From a bacterium (GTDB lineage: Bacteria > Omnitrophota > Gorgyraeia > Zapsychrales > Zapsychraceae): a stretch of DNA of 64,000 nucleotides. The stretch spans positions 31,079 to 95,078 of the forward strand of contig JAUIER010000015.1 of NCBI GenBank assembly GCA_030429765.1. The letters run 5' to 3'. The translations under genes and the position numbers were made by a program. This document shows positions 58,204 through 64,000 of this stretch, piece by piece (positions within the stretch are counted from its first letter, which is position 1; every line of letters begins with the position of its first letter). Below the pieces are notes generated by a model, which saw only the letters and a list, made by a program, of their open reading frames with translations, was not told where the DNA came from and made no database searches.

Positions 58204-61104
58204 TTACCAACGCAACGGGGCCTTCCACGCCTCTTTGAGCTCGTAGATATCTTTGTGAATACACAACTCGCCATCGAGACCGGTAACCAGAAAGTCCGGA
58301 TACTCTTCCACGATCCCGATCAGACCAACCGGAACACCTTTCATCGCGGCCTCAAATTTTTTCTGATGTTTGGGGCTGACCTCGACGGCAAACCGGCTGG
58401 TGCTTTCAGAAAATAGCAGGATATCATCACGTTTATCCGTTCCCTGATATGGAACCTTCTTGAGATGCGCGCTGATTCCCAATCCGCCGGCAAAGGCCAT
58501 TTCGGCCAACGCGACGGCCAATCCACCCTCCGAACAATCATGACTGGAGGCCACCAACCCTTTTTTGATCGCGCCGGACAATGCCGTAAATGTCTTGAGC
58601 GCACTTTTAATATTCGATTTAGGAACATGCTCACCGAGGTATCCCAGCGTATCCAGATAGATGGATCCGCCGAGCTCGTCACGGGTCTTGCCCACTACAT
58701 AAATCAAATTCCCAGGTGATTTGACATCCATTGTCACGGTCTTGCGGATATCCTCTACAATACCGATCGCCGAGATCAATAATGTTCCCGGAATAGCAAT
58801 CGACTTCTTGCCTTCCGTGTACTCGTTATACAAGCTGTCTTTACCGGAAATAAACGGTGTCTGAAATCCCACGGCCGCCTTGTAACAGCCCTGGGCGGCC
58901 CGGACCATCGATCCCAGCCGGTCAGGCTTATCCGGGTTGCCCCAGCAGAAGTTGTCGAGGATCGCGATCTTATCGACGTTGCCGCCGACACTGACAATCT
59001 GACGAATCGCCTCATCAATACACGCGACAGCCATCCAATACGGATCGATCATCCCATAACGGATATTGATCCCGTTTGAAACAGCAATCCCTTTGTTCGA
59101 GTCCAACTTAGGACGGATCACACTTGCGTCGCTTGGCCCGTCACAATCCACCCCGACCAATGGTTTAATCACACTGCCGCCCTGCACCTCGTGATCATAC
59201 TGACGGATCACCCACTCCTTCGAACAGACATTGTAATGCGACAAACAGTCGATCAGCGACTGATTAAAATCCGGACGTTTGGGAAACCGGGTTTTCTTGA
59301 TCTTCGGGGCCTTCCAGACCGCTTGTTTGGTAATACGCGGATTGCCGTCATGCAGAAAATGCATATCCAGATCACACACCTGGATTCCGTGATAATACAA
59401 TTCTAACCGCTTGCTGCCGCTGAACTCTCCGATCACCGCCGTCTCGACATTCTCGTCGGCAAAGACTTTCAGAAATTCATCCACATTCTCGGGCGGCACG
59501 GAAAAAACCATCCGTTCTTGTGATTCGGAAATCCAGATTTCCATATATTTCAGCCCGCTGTACTTAAGCGGTACTCGTTCCAAATCCACCCGTGCGCCGG
59601 TTGCTTCTCCCATTTCTCCGACAGCGCTAGAAAGTCCGCCGGCCCCGCAATCAGTGACGGCCGTATACAAATTAAGATCGCGCGCTTTAAGCAGCGCGTC
59701 GAGGACCTTTTTCTCCTGGATCGGGTCGCCGATCTGAACCGCGCCGGATGACACCGTCTCCGACTCCGTCGTGAGTTCACCGGATGAAAATGTCGCGCCA
59801 TGAATGCCGTCACGTCCGGTCTTTCCGCCCGCGACCACGATCATATCTCCGACATGCACACGCTTGTTGACCTTATCCTTGGGCATAATCCCGACTGAGC
59901 CGCAATAGACCAGCGGGTTGCCGATGTAATGCGGATCAAACAGGATCGCGCCATTCACCGTCGGGATCCCCATCTTGTTCCCATAATCACGTACCCCGTC
60001 GACAACCCCTTTCATCACCCGCTTGGGATGCAGCGTCCCCGGCGGAAGCGCGTCAAACGGCGTTTCCGGTGAGGCAAAGCAAAACACATCGGTATTGCAG
60101 ATCGGTTTGGCGCCAAGACCTGTGCCGAGTATATCGCGCAGCACACCGCCAATCCCCGTATTCGCCCCGCCGAACGGTTCCAGGGCTGACGGATGATTAT
60201 GGGTTTCGACCTTGAAACACACGCATGAGTCTTTATCGAATTTGATGACTCCTGCATTGTCATGAAACACCGACACACACCATGATTTATTGATCTCTTC
60301 CGTCGCCTTGACGATGGTCGACTTCAGGAGGTTTTTGATCTTTTTAGATTTGGTCTTACCGCCTTCTGTGTGCGTGAATTCAATGTTGCCACGGAACGTT
60401 TTGTGATAACAGTGCTCACTCCAGGTTTGGGCGATGGTTTCCAGCTCGCAATCAGTGGGATTGCGGTCGATGGACTTATAAAAATCCTGGATCACCTGCA
60501 TTTCCGGCAGGCTCAAAAACAGCTGGCCTTGCTGACTGATCTCCATCAGCTTCTTGGAAGAGGCCGACAGCAGATCAACCATGATCAGGTCCACACTTTT
60601 CGTTGCCGATCCGGAAGGAACAGATTTGGGGTGAGCGGGATCAGCGGCATGCTGAATAATTTTGTTGGCTAATATTTTATCAACAATGGTCTCTAGCTTG
60701 TTGTTCGAAAGTTTTCCACGAAGGGTATATTTTCGAGCCGTAGAAACAGACTGAATCCCGCCCACGTCCAAATCTTTGATCCCCTTGATGGTGGATTCCT
60801 CGACGGGATCCATCACACCTGGATTAAAGGCGATCTCGACAGTATGGGTATCTTTTTTGGTTTTGGCGTGCTTGAATGATTCGGCCGGAATATATGAGTA
60901 GGTCTGTGTCACCGGATCCGTGAGCAGATTCTTGCAGATGTGCTCTACACATTCCGGTGAAAGATTGCCTTCCAGGTTATAAACTCGATCAACGGAGACA
61001 CTCTCGACACTCGCAATTCCCAGATCATGAATGGATCGGGACACACCTTCGGCGTGTGCGTCAAACACTCCGGCCTTGTTTTTAATTTCAATTCGCCAGG
61101 TCAT
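58204..61104 (-). CDS. purL: PurS-PurS-PurL fusion (FGAM synthase, small-type PurL with two N-terminal PurS-like domains)
   Basis: 966 aa. The first ~170 aa form two ~80-aa PurS-like modules. A canonical small PurL (AIRS/AIRS_C x2) follows. Confidence 0.75.
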   Translation of the reverse strand: MTWRIEIKNKAGVFDAHAEGVSRSIHDLGIASVESVSVDRVYNLEGNLSPECVEHICKNLLTDPVTQTYSYIPAESFKHAKTKKDTHTVEIAFNPGVMDPVEESTIKGIKDLDVGGIQSVSTARKYTLRGKLSNNKLETIVDKILANKIIQHAADPAHPKSVPSGSATKSVDLIMVDLLSASSKKLMEISQQGQLFLSLPEMQVIQDFYKSIDRNPTDCELETIAQTWSEHCYHKTFRGNIEFTHTEGGKTKSKKIKNLLKSTIVKATEEINKSWCVSVFHDNAGVIKFDKDSCVCFKVETHNHPSALEPFGGANTGIGGVLRDILGTGLGAKPICNTDVFCFASPETPFDALPPGTLHPKRVMKGVVDGVRDYGNKMGIPTVNGAILFDPHYIGNPLVYCGSVGIMPKDKVNKRVHVGDMIVVAGGKTGRDGIHGATFSSGELTTESETVSSGAVQIGDPIQEKKVLDALLKARDLNLYTAVTDCGAGGLSSAVGEMGEATGARVDLERVPLKYSGLKYMEIWISESQERMVFSVPPENVDEFLKVFADENVETAVIGEFSGSKRLELYYHGIQVCDLDMHFLHDGNPRITKQAVWKAPKIKKTRFPKRPDFNQSLIDCLSHYNVCSKEWVIRQYDHEVQGGSVIKPLVGVDCDGPSDASVIRPKLDSNKGIAVSNGINIRYGMIDPYWMAVACIDEAIRQIVSVGGNVDKIAILDNFCWGNPDKPDRLGSMVRAAQGCYKAAVGFQTPFISGKDSLYNEYTEGKKSIAIPGTLLISAIGIVEDIRKTVTMDVKSPGNLIYVVGKTRDELGGSIYLDTLGYLGEHVPKSNIKSALKTFTALSGAIKKGLVASSHDCSEGGLAVALAEMAFAGGLGISAHLKKVPYQGTDKRDDILLFSESTSRFAVEVSPKHQKKFEAAMKGVPVGLIGIVEEYPDFLVTGLDGELCIHKDIYELKEAWKAPLRW

Positions 61105-61146
61105 TATTTTTCGTTCGGGTTGGTTTTGAAGGATTTAACGGACTAG

Positions 61147-61854
61147 CTATGTACTCACGCGATCTAAAACTTCTTGGTAGGCTTCTGCGATATTTCCTAA
61201 ATCGTGTCTAAAACGATCCTTGTCTAACTTCTTTCCAGTCCCTTTTTCCCATAAACGGCATGTGTCAGGCGAAATTTCATCGGCGAGGATGATTTCACCT
61301 TTGTAACGACCGAACTCAAGTTTAAAATCAATGAGTTCCAATCCCAGGTTATCAAAAAACTTTCCCATGAGATCATTGATCGCCAACGTATATTTTTTAA
61401 TTGTCGCGACCTCTTCCGGCGTCGCGATTCCCAACATCTGGATATGTCCTTCATTGATCAGCGGATCGCCCAGGTCATCCCGCTTGTAGCAGAATTCCAG
61501 GATCGGCGTGTCGATTTTACGGCCTTCCTCAACACCCAGCAGCCGGCATAATGATCCGGCCGCGCGATTACGGATGATCACCTCGACTCCCACAATCTCG
61601 ACTTTCTTGACGAGCATCTCCCGATCCGAGAGATGTTTCTCAAAGTGATTGGGAATCCCTTTCGAGGCCAGAAATTCAAAGATCTTGGTTGAGATCTTAT
61701 TGTTCATGATCCCCTTTTGGCCGACCGTTCCCTTTTTTGCCGCATTAAATGCCGTCGCGTCGTCCTTGAAATACTGAATCACCAAATCCGGATCATCTGT
61801 CGTATACAGTATCTTGGCCTTGCCTTCGTAGACCTTCTCGACCTTCTGAACCAT
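61147..61854 (-). CDS. purC: Phosphoribosylaminoimidazole-succinocarboxamide synthase
   Basis: SAICAR synthetase family. Confidence 0.9.
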   Translation of the reverse strand: MVQKVEKVYEGKAKILYTTDDPDLVIQYFKDDATAFNAAKKGTVGQKGIMNNKISTKIFEFLASKGIPNHFEKHLSDREMLVKKVEIVGVEVIIRNRAAGSLCRLLGVEEGRKIDTPILEFCYKRDDLGDPLINEGHIQMLGIATPEEVATIKKYTLAINDLMGKFFDNLGLELIDFKLEFGRYKGEIILADEISPDTCRLWEKGTGKKLDKDRFRHDLGNIAEAYQEVLDRVST

Positions 61855-63149
61855 TACTTGAGTCCCGCTTTTTTAAAGATCTTGTCATTGTGACGTGTGT
61901 AATATTTGATATCGAAACACTTATCGATCTCGCTTGGCTTGAGATATTTGCGAACCTTACGGTCACGGTTGAGGATTTCCTTGAAGTCGGACGTTTCCTG
62001 CCATACCTGCATCGCACAACGCTGGATAATATCGTATGCGGCTTCCCGCGTCAGACCTTTCTTCATTAACTCAAGTAAGACCCGTTGTGAATAGATAAGT
62101 CCCTTGGTCTTGGAGAGCGAGGCGATCATGTTCTTTGGATAGACAAGCAGTCCGTCGAGAATAGGAATGATTTTGTGGAACATATAATTCAAAGCGATAC
62201 AGCTGTCAGGGATAATCACGCGCTCCACAGATGAATGGCTGATGTCACGCTCATGCCAGAGACAAATATTTTCGAACGAAGCCTGCGAGTTGGCTCTCAG
62301 CAGCCGTGACAGACCTGAAATGCGTTCACACGCCACTGGATTTCGCTTGTGAGGCATCGCTGAAGATCCAATCTGACCTTTGAAGAACGGCTCTTCGACC
62401 TCAAGAACTTCTGTCTTCTGCAACAGTCGGATTTCTGTAGCGATCTTATCTAGAGTAGAACCGACCAGGGCCAGTGTCGTCATGAATTGACAATGATTGT
62501 CACGCTGAATGACCTGTGTGGCGATATTCGCCGGACTAAGCCCCAGCTTTTCGCAGACATATTCCTCGACAAATGGATCAATATTCGCAAAAGTTCCGAC
62601 GGAACCCGACAATTTTCCGTAGGCCATAATTTCCTTGGCCTGCTCCAGCCGGGTTTGATTACGTTTCATTTCGTCATACCAGACCGCGATCTTGAGTCCG
62701 AATGTCATCGGCTCGGCATGCACACCATGTGTACGTGCGATGCATGGGGTGTCTTTATATTTTTTGGCTTTTTGTTTGAGGACGGCGAGCATTTTTTTTG
62801 TGTCCCCAAGAAGAATATCACAGGCTTCCATACACTGGACGGACAGGGATGTATCCAGCAAATCCGACGATGTCAGCCCCATATGAAGGTATTTGGCCTC
62901 ACCCCCGATGTACTGACCGACGTTGTTGATAAAGGCGACAACATCGTGCTTGGTCTTTTCTTCCAGCTTCTTAACTTCATCAATATCAAACTTTGCGCTC
63001 TTCTTGATGGTCTCCAGTGATTTTTTCGGGATCAGGCCGAGCTTACACATGGCCTCGCAGGCCAGCACTTCGATCTTCAGCATAATTTCCATCTTATGCT
63101 TTTCGGACCAAATATTGCCCATCTTCGACAATGTGTAACGTTCAATCAT
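61854..63149 (-). CDS. purB: Adenylosuccinate lyase
   Basis: Fumarate-lyase family with the signature region (..GSSAMPHKRNP..). Confidence 0.9.
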   Translation of the reverse strand: MIERYTLSKMGNIWSEKHKMEIMLKIEVLACEAMCKLGLIPKKSLETIKKSAKFDIDEVKKLEEKTKHDVVAFINNVGQYIGGEAKYLHMGLTSSDLLDTSLSVQCMEACDILLGDTKKMLAVLKQKAKKYKDTPCIARTHGVHAEPMTFGLKIAVWYDEMKRNQTRLEQAKEIMAYGKLSGSVGTFANIDPFVEEYVCEKLGLSPANIATQVIQRDNHCQFMTTLALVGSTLDKIATEIRLLQKTEVLEVEEPFFKGQIGSSAMPHKRNPVACERISGLSRLLRANSQASFENICLWHERDISHSSVERVIIPDSCIALNYMFHKIIPILDGLLVYPKNMIASLSKTKGLIYSQRVLLELMKKGLTREAAYDIIQRCAMQVWQETSDFKEILNRDRKVRKYLKPSEIDKCFDIKYYTRHNDKIFKKAGLK

Positions 63150-63338
63150 ACCTCATACTCCTTTTGTATTGGATACTTGTGAAAACTCACATGGATTGGT
63201 CAAAATTGATTGGAAACAGCAATGTGAAGTACGGCATGCAGCCTCCCCGAAGATGGTAATATAACAGAGATCAATTTCGGGGTCAATCAAAATCCGTGAT
63301 TTGAGGAGATTTTTTGGTAATTCACGCTCATAAGTTCA

Positions 63339-63367
63339 TTTATAATAACAACTTACAAACATGACAA
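63339..63367 (-). promoter_or_regulatory. Candidate promoter of the pur operon (TTGTCA-17-TATAAA on the minus strand)
   Basis: The -35 is at 63362-63367 and the -10 at 63339-63344 (as reverse complements). This leaves a ~190-nt leader before purB. Confidence 0.35.
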
Positions 63368-63466
63368 TTTTTGAAGGTTCCGACAAATAGTTACAACATC
63401 CCCTTGCATTTGCCGGGATCAACTGAAAAAACTAGAGATATTGAGTAGTTACTGTCGCTGCTAGAC

Positions 63467-64000
63467 TTACAGCTTAAGCTGACCGCCCAGTTGACTGCGA
63501 AAATAATCACTGACAACTCCGACGGACGCCTTCATGATCTCGGGGGTCACCGAAATAAGTTTGGAACCGGTCGGCGTCTTGAGGAAGGTGTTTAACTCCC
63601 GCAGCTCGCTCTCGCTGTAAACATCGTCGTATATGGGAATCAGGGCCGACACAATCTCATGAATCTGCAGCAATTCAACCAATCGTTCTTTTTCCGCCCC
63701 TTCGGCCCGGCCCAACACGGCCTCCATATTACGCTGAATATTGACACGCGCACCGTTGGCCTCCATATGCTCAATAATGAGTAGGACTTTCGCTGCTGAG
63801 ATCCCTTCAAACCCATTCGCATTGATTAGGTCAGGGTTCCATTCAAGCGGATCCACGTCCTCCATAATCTGCTGGATCTGTTCCTTATATATCTGGTAGG
63901 GAAGCTTGCCCGGCTCCATAATCTTGATGTAATAATGACCGTTTTCGACAATCTGGCCCTTGATAATACGTCCATCCTTCATAATAACCGTCTCGGCATG
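63467..64000 (-). CDS. Hypothetical protein (possibly continuing past the window edge)
   Basis: 171+ aa ORF (MKDGRIIKGQIVENGHYYIK...). No recognisable domain. The reading frame stays open to the edge of the window. Confidence 0.4.
   Translation of the reverse strand, partial: HAETVIMKDGRIIKGQIVENGHYYIKIMEPGKLPYQIYKEQIQQIMEDVDPLEWNPDLINANGFEGISAAKVLLIIEHMEANGARVNIQRNMEAVLGRAEGAEKERLVELLQIHEIVSALIPIYDDVYSESELRELNTFLKTPTGSKLISVTPEIMKASVGVVSDYFRSQLGGQLKL

Noticed and set aside
63150-63338. Possible purine or ZTP riboswitch in the pur operon leader.
   Set aside because: I could not find the conserved purine-riboswitch core (the J2-3 junction pyrimidine context, the L2-L3 loop motifs) or the ZTP pfl pseudoknot signature. 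Only a generic hairpin is present. I kept it as an unclassified structured leader.
1-64000. CRISPR arrays, tRNA/rRNA genes, and transposase, integrase or phage genes.
   Set aside because: None seen. There are no short regularly spaced direct repeats and no tRNA-like T-loop motifs in the few intergenic gaps. No ORF resembles a DDE or tyrosine recombinase. The window is gene-dense and all on one strand.

Overview
This 64 kb window is a bacterial chromosomal segment. All ~65 credible genes sit on the minus strand with tight spacing or overlaps, implying long polycistronic operons. No tRNA, rRNA, CRISPR array, transposase or integrase was recognised. The organism is a diderm (lptD, SPOR proteins, an outer-membrane beta-barrel), but several gene orders resemble Firmicutes (hrcA-grpE-dnaK-dnaJ; tsaC-ywlE-rpiB-glyA). 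Working from the right end to the left, which is the direction of transcription, the window contains: (1) a purine cluster purB-purC-purS/S/L fusion-purQ-purM-purD; (2) a tsaC::LMW-PTP fusion followed by rpiB, glyA, nrdR, a DUF151 nuclease, a CCA-type enzyme, a NUDIX protein, an SDR, a YgfZ-like protein, an outer-membrane barrel and a DMT transporter; (3) a 1957-aa thioester-containing alpha-2-macroglobulin followed by a SPOR protein; (4) a metB-like gene, then an envelope module of MBOAT acyltransferase + partner, ECF sigma, anti-sigma with an acidic LE-repeat tail, a small acidic secreted peptide, a hyperbasic DUF3106 repeat protein, a K-rich secreted protein, an intrinsic terminator, and then TPR-SPOR, miaA and hflX; (5) a heat-shock block with a MerR-type regulator, hsp20, clpB, a MORN/YwqK-like protein, then a CIRCE-controlled hrcA-grpE-dnaK-dnaJ-fmdB-vanZ-DUF1015-accD operon; (6) an orphan MalK-type ABC ATPase, two paralogous GGDEF cyclases and a ROK kinase; (7) lptD followed by a nucleotide-sugar/glycan-modification cluster (ugd, a WecC-like dehydrogenase, UDP-xylose synthase, an O-carbamoyltransferase with SxtJ- and SxtK/DUF5989-like partners, a split transketolase, fcl and a partial epimerase). 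The leads I consider most worth follow-up are the carbamoyltransferase-SxtJ-SxtK glycan-tailoring module and the charge-complementary ECF-sigma envelope module. All calls were made by reading the translated ORFs and the DNA by eye; no database search was run.
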